DNA of 64,000 nucleotides, taken from the NCBI GenBank assembly GCA_905235655.1, contig CAJOMA010000003.1, positions 4,067 through 68,066 on the forward strand, in the 5' to 3' direction. The position numbers and the translations under genes were made by a program. Positions 9,030 through 17,292 of this stretch are shown here, piece by piece. The notes beneath the pieces were generated by a model, which ran no database searches, was not told the origin of the DNA, and saw only the letters and a program-made list of their open reading frames with translations. The number at the start of each line of letters is the position of its first letter. Position 1 is the stretch's first letter. The DNA is from an uncultured Oscillospiraceae bacterium. Its GTDB lineage: Bacteria > Bacillota > Clostridia > Oscillospirales > Oscillospiraceae.

Positions 9030-9923
9030 TTATAACTTCGAATTTACGATAATCGGACTTGTTCCGATCATGTCCCAGGAAAAGACTTCGATCAGCTCCG
9101 CCGCGCTGACAGGCGCAGGGGTATCTGTCAGTTTCGCAAGAAAGGCAAGATAGCCGATCAGCTCCTGCGGGCGGTATCGCTCGCGCAGGTGCGCCATATC
9201 CAGACTCTTTTCGCGCTTGCTGAGACGTTTGCCGTCTGGCGCGACCAGCAGCGGCACGTGATAAAAACGCGGCACGGGCATATTTAGCGTCTGATACAGC
9301 CAAATCTGACGCGGGGTGGAGCGCAAAAGATCGCAGCCTCGCACGACCTCCGTCACGCCGCCGTCCGCGTCGTCGCAGACCACGGCGAGCTGATAGGCGT
9401 ACACCCCGTCGGAGCGGCGGACGATGAAGTCGCCGCATTCTGCAGCGAGCTTCTCGCGCTGTGCGCCGAATACGCCGTCCGTGAACACAATGTCCCTATA
9501 CGGCACACGGACGCGCCACGCGGGAGTTCTTTTCTTTGCGGCACGTTCCGCCTCGCTCAGATCACGGCAGGTTCCGGGATAGATCAGCGTTCCGTCTGAG
9601 GCGTGCGGCGCGGAGGCGTCGTGCAGCTCGCTGCGGCTGCAGTAACACGGATAGGTCGGCAAAAGCCCAAAAGCCTCGGCATAACGCGCGGTGCGCGCGC
9701 TTTGCAGCGGCGTTTCTTCATCATAGGTCAGTCCGAGCCACGCAAGATCGTCCTTGATCGCGTCGATGTACTCCCGCCTGCTGCGTTCGGGGTCAAGGTC
9801 CTCAATGCGAAGCAGCATTTTCCCGTTCTGCGAACGGACGGACAGCCAAGCAAGCAGCGCGGTAAAGAGATTTCCGAGGTGCATCCGTCCCGAAGGGCTC
9901 GGCGCAAAGCGTCCGACCGTCAT
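9030..9923 (-). CDS. gluQ: Glutamyl-queuosine tRNA(Asp) synthetase
   Basis: GRFAPSPSGRMHLGN, YQLAVVCDD and KRLSKR; 297 aa with no anticodon-binding domain. Confidence 0.88.
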   Translation of the reverse strand: MTVGRFAPSPSGRMHLGNLFTALLAWLSVRSQNGKMLLRIEDLDPERSRREYIDAIKDDLAWLGLTYDEETPLQSARTARYAEAFGLLPTYPCYCSRSELHDASAPHASDGTLIYPGTCRDLSEAERAAKKRTPAWRVRVPYRDIVFTDGVFGAQREKLAAECGDFIVRRSDGVYAYQLAVVCDDADGGVTEVVRGCDLLRSTPRQIWLYQTLNMPVPRFYHVPLLVAPDGKRLSKREKSLDMAHLRERYRPQELIGYLAFLAKLTDTPAPVSAAELIEVFSWDMIGTSPIIVNSKL

Positions 9924-10852
9924 GGAAGACTCACCAGATTTCTCAGCGGTCTGCCCCCCAGATAATTTTGAATATTTTCGCGGCAGATCGCCCAGATTAT
10001 TTCCTCAGTCTCGGGCAGATGACCGAAGCTCACGCCGGCGACATGCGGCGTCAGAATGACGTTCGGCATTGTCCACAGCGGATGCGCTGCAGGCAGCGGC
10101 TCCGGTTCCGTCACGTCCAGACCGACGCCGAAAAATTTTCCGCGATGCAGCAGCGCTGTTAACGAATTCAGGTCAATCAGATCGCCTCTTCCGACGTTGA
10201 TCAGCACGGCGTCGTCCCTGCAAAGAGACAGGCGTTCCTCATCAAAATAACGCGCAGTTTCCGCATTGGACGGCAGGGCGCATACGATAAAGTCCGCTTC
10301 AGGCAGAAAGGCCTCGGCGCAGAATAACGTGGTCAACGCCTCAAAATGCGCTCTCGTCTGACGCGCAGCGCGGCAGACGCCGATCGTATGCACGCCGAGC
10401 GCCTGTAAACGCTTTGCAATTTCCGTGCCGATATTGCCGCAGCCGAAAATCAGAGCGGTGCTTCCCGCAATACGTTTTTCGCAGCCGAGGTCGCGCCATT
10501 GCCCTGCCTGTTGATAAGCGGGCAGTCTGCGGCAAAGTGCGAACAGCATGGCAAGCGCGTGCTCGGCGATCGTCTCGCCGAACGCGCCAGACGCAGTTGT
10601 CAGCAGAACGTCCTTCGGAAACCCGCCGCGCAGATAACGGTCAGCGCCCGCCCATGTCATCTGCACCCATTTGAGTTTCTTTGCTGCAGAAAGCTCCTCC
10701 AGGCGCGGCTCGCCGATGACGACCTCCGCGTCCGTGATTTCCCGCAGCCGCAGATCGGCGTCTGCGTCACAAGGCAGCGCAATCGTTTCAAATTCGTCCG
10801 TCAGGTGCGGCACATTCTGCCCGCAGTCGGACAGGATCAGCAGTTTTCGCAT
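9920..10852 (-). CDS. D-2-hydroxyacid dehydrogenase family protein
   Basis: GCGNIG Rossmann motif; NVGRG, EPEP and TPHVAG catalytic motifs; ATG at 10852 after GGAGG. Confidence 0.88.
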   Translation of the reverse strand: MRKLLILSDCGQNVPHLTDEFETIALPCDADADLRLREITDAEVVIGEPRLEELSAAKKLKWVQMTWAGADRYLRGGFPKDVLLTTASGAFGETIAEHALAMLFALCRRLPAYQQAGQWRDLGCEKRIAGSTALIFGCGNIGTEIAKRLQALGVHTIGVCRAARQTRAHFEALTTLFCAEAFLPEADFIVCALPSNAETARYFDEERLSLCRDDAVLINVGRGDLIDLNSLTALLHRGKFFGVGLDVTEPEPLPAAHPLWTMPNVILTPHVAGVSFGHLPETEEIIWAICRENIQNYLGGRPLRNLVSLP

Positions 10853-10868
10853 GGTACACCTCCGTTCG

Positions 10869-11972
10869 TCACTCGGCAGCGTCAAAATCGTCCCATGTCA
10901 CGGGCGCGTTGTACGGATTAAAATGAGCATTGATTAAATCAATATAGTCCTGATCCAAATCGACGCAGACGTAAACGTCGCTGAAATAGAACGGCATGAC
11001 AGTGGAATACATTGCATCCGCTTCGCAGACGAAAGCCGATTCCGCCAGCCAGTAAAGCTCCAAAAATGACAGATCGGTCATGCTGTTTTTTACGATCTTC
11101 GATAGCGCGGAGGGCAGCTTGAACGCATTGATCATTCTCGCCCACTGCTTGATCGCCGCTTTGATAAAGTCGCGCTGAACGCGAATTCTTCCGATATCGG
11201 CGTTTTCATAGCCGGAACGGAAGCGGACAAGTCCCATCGCCTGCTCCCCGTTCAGCCTCTGCATGCCGGCAGGGATCGCGATATGGAGCGCCTGCGCCGG
11301 GTCGTCATAGTACATATCGAGCGGCACGTCAAACTCCACGCCGCCGAAGAGATCGACGAGCGCAATAAACACGTTAAGATCGACAAGAATATAGCCGTCC
11401 GGACGAAAGCCAATGCAGTCTGCGGTATAGTCCATCAGCGCTTCCATTCCTTCTTTTCCGCAGCCGTTCGCGGCATACGCGCCGTTGATCTTGTGCGGCG
11501 TGTAGGATGAATGGACTTTGGTGTCCCGAGGAATACTCATAATACTGATTGCGCGGCTCGGCCGGTCGACGTTCAGCAGCAGAATGGTATCCGTGCTGCT
11601 GCTCGCAGCGTCCTCGCCGACAAGGAGGATCGTACAGCAGTCGTCCTTCCTTCCCGCGGTGCGGTACATCGGTTCATGGGAGAGAAAGTGCACGGCAGCG
11701 GCGGCAAGAAGCAAAAGGATAAACAATACAAGCAGTATGACGAGGAAGAATTTCAAAAAGCGGCGCTTTCTGCGCGGCTTATCGCCCTGCGCATAATACT
11801 GGTTTACCTTACGCTCCGACACGGCAGGACGCGCGGGCGCAGAATCGTCCTCAAGCTCCGCAGCGTCCGGGTATTCGTCTTTGTTGCGTTGATCGTCAAT
11901 GTCCGCGTCGATCGGATCGTCCTGCGGCGGAATCGGACGCGGCTTCCATTCCTGATTGAATCGGTTCTTCAA
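10869..11972 (-). CDS. LytR-CpsA-Psr (LCP) family protein
   Basis: Single TM helix; TDTILL, SIPRDT, KINGAY, VRFRSGY and RIRVQRDF motifs. Confidence 0.9.
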   Translation of the reverse strand: MKNRFNQEWKPRPIPPQDDPIDADIDDQRNKDEYPDAAELEDDSAPARPAVSERKVNQYYAQGDKPRRKRRFLKFFLVILLVLFILLLLAAAAVHFLSHEPMYRTAGRKDDCCTILLVGEDAASSSTDTILLLNVDRPSRAISIMSIPRDTKVHSSYTPHKINGAYAANGCGKEGMEALMDYTADCIGFRPDGYILVDLNVFIALVDLFGGVEFDVPLDMYYDDPAQALHIAIPAGMQRLNGEQAMGLVRFRSGYENADIGRIRVQRDFIKAAIKQWARMINAFKLPSALSKIVKNSMTDLSFLELYWLAESAFVCEADAMYSTVMPFYFSDVYVCVDLDQDYIDLINAHFNPYNAPVTWDDFDAAE

Positions 11973-12082
11973 GCGCTCACCTTCTTATCCCTATTTTACA
12001 ACATATTGCAAGGCTTGTAAATAATGAAAACAGCTCCGGTTTTTCGCTCGGGAAATTTGTGCAAAATTTCACCAGATTGTTG

Positions 12083-12136
12083 TTGACAATTCCAAGATAT
12101 GTATGTATACTTGTCAAAGGACACAAGATATTGTGG
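12083..12136 (+). promoter_or_regulatory. sigma-A promoter with tandem NrdR boxes
   Basis: TTGACA(12083)-N17-TATACT; NrdR-like box acacaagatattgtgg (12121-12136) and a weaker box ttccaagatatgtatg (12090-12105) 31 bp upstream. Confidence 0.7.
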
Positions 12137-12196
12137 TGACCATGCGATTCTTCCACAAAATAATCCAAACCCTTTTTCTGATTTTCGGAGGCGATT

Positions 12197-12877
12197 ATGC
12201 GTATCGGAGGCCTTCAAAAGCTGACATTACTCGACTTTCCGGGTCATGTTGCCTGCACGGTGTTTCTGCAGGGCTGCAATTTCCGCTGCCCCTTCTGCCA
12301 TAATTCTTCCCTTGTTCTGGGGACGGATTCGCTCGGTGAAGATGAAATTTTCCGCTTTCTGAATACGCGTCAGGGTCTTTTGGACGGCGTTGCGATCACC
12401 GGCGGCGAGCCGCTGCTGACACCCGAGCTTCCGGACTTCCTTCGGAAAGTCAAAGCCCTCGGCTACAAAACCAAGGTCGATACGAACGGCAGCTTCCCCG
12501 ATAAGCTGCGGCTGCTGCTTGACGAGGGTCTGGTCGATTACGTTGCGATGGACATTAAGAACAGTCCGGAAAAGTACGCCGAGACAGCCGGCGCGGAAGG
12601 GATGCTCGAAGCGGTCGGAAAGAGCGTTGCAATTCTGAAAAACGGAACCATCCCCTATGAATTCCGCACCACGGTGGTCGACGAGCTGCACGAGCCTTCG
12701 GACTTCGAAGCGATCGGCAAATGGCTTGCCGGCGCGCAGCGGTACTATCTGCAGGGCTTCGTCGATTCCGGCGACCTCCTGCGCCCGGGTCTTCACGCCG
12801 CGAGCAAGGAAAAAATGGAGCAATGTCTGGCGATTGCCGTTCAATATATACCGGCTTCAAACATCAGAGGAATATAA
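12197..12877 (+). CDS. nrdG: Anaerobic ribonucleotide reductase activating radical SAM enzyme
   Basis: CNFRCPFC radical-SAM motif, TGGEP; directly upstream of nrdD. Confidence 0.92.
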   Translation: MRIGGLQKLTLLDFPGHVACTVFLQGCNFRCPFCHNSSLVLGTDSLGEDEIFRFLNTRQGLLDGVAITGGEPLLTPELPDFLRKVKALGYKTKVDTNGSFPDKLRLLLDEGLVDYVAMDIKNSPEKYAETAGAEGMLEAVGKSVAILKNGTIPYEFRTTVVDELHEPSDFEAIGKWLAGAQRYYLQGFVDSGDLLRPGLHAASKEKMEQCLAIAVQYIPASNIRGI

Positions 12878-12898
12878 TATGAATAGAGGAGAAAAATT

Positions 12899-15280
12899 AT
12901 GTATCAGGTAGTAAAACGAAATGACAAGGTCGTTGATTTTGACCTGTCGAAAATCTGTCTCGCCATTCAAAAGGCATTCGACGCCCTCGGCAAGGACTAC
13001 AACAAGGACACCATCGACTTCCTCGCGCTCAAGGTAACGGCTGACTTTGAGCCGAAGATCAAGGATGGCAAGGTCGCGGTCGAGGACGTGCAGGACAGCG
13101 TAGAGACTGTTCTGATCCGCGCGGGCTACGACGACGTGGCAAAGGCGTATATCCTTTACCGCCGTCAGAGAGAAAAGCTCCGCAACATGAAGTCCACCAT
13201 CCTCGACTACAAGGAGCTTGTGGACAGCTACGTCAAGGTGCAGGACTGGCGCGTCAAGGAGAATTCCACCGTCACCTACTCCGTCGGCGGTCTGATCCTC
13301 TCCAACTCCGGCGCGATCACCGCGAATTACTGGCTCAGCGAAATCTACGACGATGAGATCGCAAACGCGCACAAAAACTGCGATCTGCACATCCACGACA
13401 TGTCCATGCTGACCGGCTACTGCGCGGGCTGGTCGCTGCGCCAGCTCATTCAGGAGGGTCTCGGCGGCGTACCCGGCAAGATCACCTCCGCGCCTGCGAA
13501 GCACCTGGCTTCCCTGTGCAACCAGATGGTCAACTTCCTCGGCATCATGCAGAACGAATGGGCGGGCGCGCAGGCGTTCTCGTCCTTCGACACCTATCTT
13601 GCTCCCTTCGTCAAGGTGGACAACCTGAACTACGATCAGGTAAAGAAGTGCGTCGAGTCCTTCATCTACGGCGTCAATACCCCGTCCAGATGGGGTACGC
13701 AGGCGCCCTTCTCCAACATCACGCTTGACTGGACCGTGCCGGACGACATGGCGGAGCTTCCCGCGATCGTCGGCGGCAAGGAAATGCCATTCAAATACAA
13801 GGACTGCAAGGCGGAAATGGACATGGTCAACCGCGCCTTCATCGAGACGATGATCGAAGGCGACGCAAACGGCCGCGGCTTCCAGTACCCGATTCCCACC
13901 TATTCGATCACCCGCGACTTCGACTGGTCGGAGACCGAGAACAACAAGCTGCTGTTCGAGATGACCGCGAAGTACGGCACCCCCTATTTCTCCAACTACG
14001 TCAACAGCGACATGCAGCCGAGCGACGTGCGCTCCATGTGCTGCCGTCTGCGTCTTGACCTGCGCGAGCTGCGCAAGAAGTCCGGCGGCTTCTTCGGCAG
14101 CGGCGAGTCCACCGGCTCTGTCGGCGTCGTTACGATCAATATGCCGAAGATCGCGTATCTTTCCAAGACGCCGCAGGAATTCTACAAGCGTCTGGATCAC
14201 CTGATGGACATTGCCGCCCGTTCGCTGAAGATCAAGCGCACCGTCATCACCCGTCTGATGGAAGAAGGGCTTTATCCCTACACGAAGCGCTACCTCGGTA
14301 CCTTTGAAAACCACTTCTCCACCCTCGGTCTGATCGGCATGAACGAGGTCGGCCTGAACGCGGCTTGGCTGCGCAAGGACATGAGTCATAAAGAAACCCA
14401 GGAGTTCACGAAGGAAGTTCTGAACCACATGCGAGAGCGCCTGTCCGACTATCAGGAGCAGTACGGCGATCTATACAACCTCGAGGCGACTCCGGCGGAG
14501 TCCACCACCTACCGTCTTGCCAAGCACGACAAGAAAGACTTCCCCGACATCATCACCGCCAACGAGAACGGCACTCCGTACTACACCAACTCCTCTCACC
14601 TGCCCGTCGGCTACACCGAGGACATCTTCTCCGCGCTGGACGTGCAGGACGAGCTGCAGACGCTCTATACCTCCGGCACCGTCTTCCACGCCTTCCTTGG
14701 CGAGAAGCTGCCTGACTGGCGTTCTGCCGCCGCGCTGGTGCGCAAGATCGCAGAGAACTACCGTCTGCCGTATTACACCCTCTCTCCGACCTACTCCGTC
14801 TGCCGCGAGCACGGCTATATTACCGGCGAACAGTATACCTGCCCGATCTGCGGTCAGCCGACCGAGGTCTACAGCCGTATCACCGGATACTACCGCCCCG
14901 TACAAAACTTCAACGACGGCAAGGCGCAGGAATTCAAGGATCGCTTGGAATACAACGTCGCAAGCTCCATGAAGAACCGTTTCGGCGGCGCGGAAGCTTC
15001 CGCACAGACTGAAAAAGAAGTTTCTGTCGCTCCCTGCGCGGATGGCAGACTGGTGCTCTTCACCACGAGCACCTGCCCGAAGTGCGTGATGGCGAAGAAA
15101 TTCCTCGCAGACGCCGGTATCTCCTATGAAACCGTCGTCGTGAACGAAACGCCTGATGAGGCGAGAAAGTACGGCGTTCGTCAGGCGCCTACCCTCCTGA
15201 TCCTCGACGGAGACAAAGAAATCGACCGCGTGGAGAATCCGTCCAACATCCGCGCCTTTGCGGAAGCGCACATGGCGTAA
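12899..15280 (+). CDS. nrdD: Class III ribonucleotide reductase with ATP cone and fused C-terminal CxxC redoxin domain
   Basis: ATP cone, RSMCCRL finger loop, Zn motifs CREH/CPIC, YSRITGYYRP glycyl-radical motif, then TCPKC..QAPT domain. Confidence 0.93.
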   Translation: MYQVVKRNDKVVDFDLSKICLAIQKAFDALGKDYNKDTIDFLALKVTADFEPKIKDGKVAVEDVQDSVETVLIRAGYDDVAKAYILYRRQREKLRNMKSTILDYKELVDSYVKVQDWRVKENSTVTYSVGGLILSNSGAITANYWLSEIYDDEIANAHKNCDLHIHDMSMLTGYCAGWSLRQLIQEGLGGVPGKITSAPAKHLASLCNQMVNFLGIMQNEWAGAQAFSSFDTYLAPFVKVDNLNYDQVKKCVESFIYGVNTPSRWGTQAPFSNITLDWTVPDDMAELPAIVGGKEMPFKYKDCKAEMDMVNRAFIETMIEGDANGRGFQYPIPTYSITRDFDWSETENNKLLFEMTAKYGTPYFSNYVNSDMQPSDVRSMCCRLRLDLRELRKKSGGFFGSGESTGSVGVVTINMPKIAYLSKTPQEFYKRLDHLMDIAARSLKIKRTVITRLMEEGLYPYTKRYLGTFENHFSTLGLIGMNEVGLNAAWLRKDMSHKETQEFTKEVLNHMRERLSDYQEQYGDLYNLEATPAESTTYRLAKHDKKDFPDIITANENGTPYYTNSSHLPVGYTEDIFSALDVQDELQTLYTSGTVFHAFLGEKLPDWRSAAALVRKIAENYRLPYYTLSPTYSVCREHGYITGEQYTCPICGQPTEVYSRITGYYRPVQNFNDGKAQEFKDRLEYNVASSMKNRFGGAEASAQTEKEVSVAPCADGRLVLFTTSTCPKCVMAKKFLADAGISYETVVVNETPDEARKYGVRQAPTLLILDGDKEIDRVENPSNIRAFAEAHMA

Positions 15281-15291
15281 GAGGTCGTCGT

Positions 15292-16194
15292 ATGTATGAT
15301 ATCATTATCGTCGGCGCAGGTCCCGCGGGTCTGACTGCGGCGATCTACGCGCGGCGCGCCGGAAAAACCGTCTTAGTCCTCGAAAAGGACACCTTCGGCG
15401 GGCAGGTCACCTACTCGCCGAAGCTGGAAAACTATCCGGGCTTTACGGAGATCAGCGGCAACGAGCTGGCGCAGAAGATGCTCGAGCAGGCGCTCGCGCT
15501 CGGTGCGGAGGTCGATATGGACACCGTGACCGACGTTAAGGACGGCGCAGTAAAAACCGTTGTCGGCGAGGCGGCGACCTATGAAGCGAAAGCCGTGATC
15601 ATCGCAGCGGGCGCGCGTCACCGCCGTCTGCATCTTCCCAATGAGGAAGCACTGATCGGTAATGGCATCTCCTTCTGCGCGGTCTGCGACGGCGCGTTCT
15701 ACAAGGGACAGCACGTCGCGGTCATCGGCGGCGGCAATACCGCCCTGCAGGAGATTCTGCTTCTGTCCGAGGTCTGCAGCAAGGTAACGGTCGTGCAGAA
15801 CCTTGCCTTCCTGACCGGAGAACAGAAGATGATCGACTTGGTGAAGTCCAGAGACAACATCGAAGTGATCTATTCGACCGTCGTGAAAGCCTACGAGGGC
15901 GAAAGCAGCCTCGAGGCGATCCGCCTGATCAACACAGCGACGAACGAGGAAAGCCGCCTTGAAGTAGACGGCATCTTCCTCGCCATCGGCACGGTGCCGG
16001 AAAACGGCGCCTATCATAAGGTCGCGAAGCTCAACGAGCAGGGCTATATCGAAGCAGACGAGCGCTGCATGACCGGAACGCCCGGCGTGTTCGTTGCCGG
16101 AGACTGCCGCACGAAGACGTACCGTCAAGTCGCGACGGCGATCGCGGACGGCGCAGCCGCCGCGCTCAACGCCTGCCGTTATCTGGACGCATAG
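15292..16194 (+). CDS. trxB: Thioredoxin reductase
   Basis: GAGPAG, FCAVCDG active site, GGGNTA and AGDCR motifs. Confidence 0.9.
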   Translation: MYDIIIVGAGPAGLTAAIYARRAGKTVLVLEKDTFGGQVTYSPKLENYPGFTEISGNELAQKMLEQALALGAEVDMDTVTDVKDGAVKTVVGEAATYEAKAVIIAAGARHRRLHLPNEEALIGNGISFCAVCDGAFYKGQHVAVIGGGNTALQEILLLSEVCSKVTVVQNLAFLTGEQKMIDLVKSRDNIEVIYSTVVKAYEGESSLEAIRLINTATNEESRLEVDGIFLAIGTVPENGAYHKVAKLNEQGYIEADERCMTGTPGVFVAGDCRTKTYRQVATAIADGAAAALNACRYLDA

Positions 16195-16200
16195 AAAATA

Positions 16201-16229
16201 AGATGACTTCTCAAACTGAGAAGTCATCT
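16201..16229 (+). terminator. trxB terminator; left direct repeat of MITE copy 1
   Basis: 12-bp perfect stem agatgacttctc-aaact-gagaagtcatct; identical 29-mer at 16471-16499. Confidence 0.8.
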
Positions 16230-16470
16230 CAGACTGTCAAAAGAGTCCGTAACCGTCAAAATCAATCAAACATTTTGAGTATTTTGCGCTGATTGATCTT
16301 TTATGTTAATTCGGAGTTTTTAAACTTTCGAGACGCTAAAAATGCTTGCTTCGCAAGGATTTTGACTTACTGCGCAACTTGCACTCTACCGTATCTATAT
16401 ACGCCTACGAGTGCAAGTTGCTTGTCTTCCGAACTTTTTGGCTGTCGAAAAAAGGTTTTTCGACACGCTG
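16230..16470. mobile_element. Non-autonomous MITE-like element, copy 1 (241 bp)
   Basis: Ends cagactgtcaaaa and tttttcgacacgctg form imperfect TIRs; flanked by a 29-bp direct repeat; homologous to 44522-44772. Confidence 0.78.
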
Positions 16471-16499
16471 AGATGACTTCTCAAACTGAGAAGTCATCT
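16471..16499 (+). repeat. Right direct repeat (duplicated terminator hairpin) of MITE copy 1
   Basis: Exact copy of 16201-16229, followed by tttttt. Confidence 0.85.
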
Positions 16500-16526
16500 T
16501 TTTCATTTACGATCAAATATTGTCAT

Positions 16527-16555
16527 TGATAATCGTTCAAATTGCGGTGAAACTA
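16527..16555 (+). promoter_or_regulatory. Possible sigma-G promoter of the SASP gene
   Basis: TGATA-N17-GAAACTA, loosely matching sigma-G consensus; SASP genes are sigma-G targets. Confidence 0.3.
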
Positions 16556-16611
16556 CAGTTGAGGTCATCGAAAGCGATTTGATGATCAAACTGTAAAAGG
16601 AGATGACAACA

Positions 16612-16806
16612 ATGAAAAACAACAACCAGATCAACGTTCCGGAAGCACGCGACGCGATGGACAAGTTCAAGATGGAAGCTGCCAGCGAGGTTGGCGTCAA
16701 CCTTAAGAACGGCTACAACGGCGACCTGACCTCCCGTGAGGCGGGCAGCGTCGGCGGTCAGATGGTCAAGAAGATGATCGAGTCCTACGAGCGCAATATG
16801 AAGTAA
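16612..16806 (+). CDS. Alpha/beta-type small acid-soluble spore protein
   Basis: KFKMEAASEVGV and DLTSREAGSVGGQMVKKMI; AAAGGAG RBS 9 nt before ATG 16612. Confidence 0.93.
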   Translation: MKNNNQINVPEARDAMDKFKMEAASEVGVNLKNGYNGDLTSREAGSVGGQMVKKMIESYERNMK

Positions 16807-16810
16807 TAAT

Positions 16811-16841
16811 AAGCCGGTGTCTCAAACAGAGCCACCGGCTT
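16811..16841. terminator. Bidirectional terminator between SASP and ACT genes
   Basis: Stem aagccggtg / caccggctt between convergent genes. Confidence 0.7.
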
Positions 16842-16851
16842 ATTCTACCCA

Positions 16852-17280
16852 TCAGTGCAGTCCGATCTCTTCCGGGTCGATGGTCCGAACGCCGTTCTTT
16901 TCCAATAGCGCGATCAAACGATCTTCGTCGGATACGCGGAAGACCATATAGGCATCTTCCCTGCCACGGTTAAAGAGCGAATACATATATTCGATGTCGA
17001 TCTTTTCCTGTGCCATCAGTTCCAGCACGTTCGCAAGCGAGCCCGGCACATCCGGAACGGCGACAATCACGACGTCGTTGACCTTCACGATGCAATTCTG
17101 ACCGGTGAGCGCTTCCTTTGCAGTATTGACGTCGCTGACGAGCATACGGAGAATGCCGAAATCCGTCGTATCGGCGATGGAAAGCGCGCGGATGTCCACG
17201 CCCGCCTGATACAAGGCGCGGGTAATGCCGGCAATTTTGCCGGCTTTATTCTGCAAAAAAACGGAAAGCTGCGATACCAT
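16852..17280 (-). CDS. Tandem ACT-domain protein
   Basis: QLSVFLQNKAG, IRALSIADTTDFGILR and DVPGSLA; this family usually follows paaK. Confidence 0.88.
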   Translation of the reverse strand: MVSQLSVFLQNKAGKIAGITRALYQAGVDIRALSIADTTDFGILRMLVSDVNTAKEALTGQNCIVKVNDVVIVAVPDVPGSLANVLELMAQEKIDIEYMYSLFNRGREDAYMVFRVSDEDRLIALLEKNGVRTIDPEEIGLH

Positions 17281-17292
17281 AAGTCTACCTCC

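Noticed and set aside
16264-16343. Variable loop of the MITE as a guide or bridge RNA specifying its target
   Set aside because: I found no complementarity between either copy's variable loop or covarying stem and its own flanking hairpin.
16381-16414. gcactc...gagtgc in MITE copy 1 resembling CIRCE
   Set aside because: The spacer is 22 nt instead of 9, the TTA/TAA flanks are missing, and copy 2 has a different sequence there.
16201-16499. CRISPR-like repeat-spacer-repeat reading of the 29-bp palindromic direct repeats
   Set aside because: Only two repeats, a 241-bp insert with its own TIRs, a different repeat at the second locus, and no cas genes.
16293-16529. 78-aa ORF over MITE copy 1, and 44584-44799 over copy 2
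   Set aside because: No RBS or motif; the ORFs are on opposite strands and are not conserved between the homologous copies.
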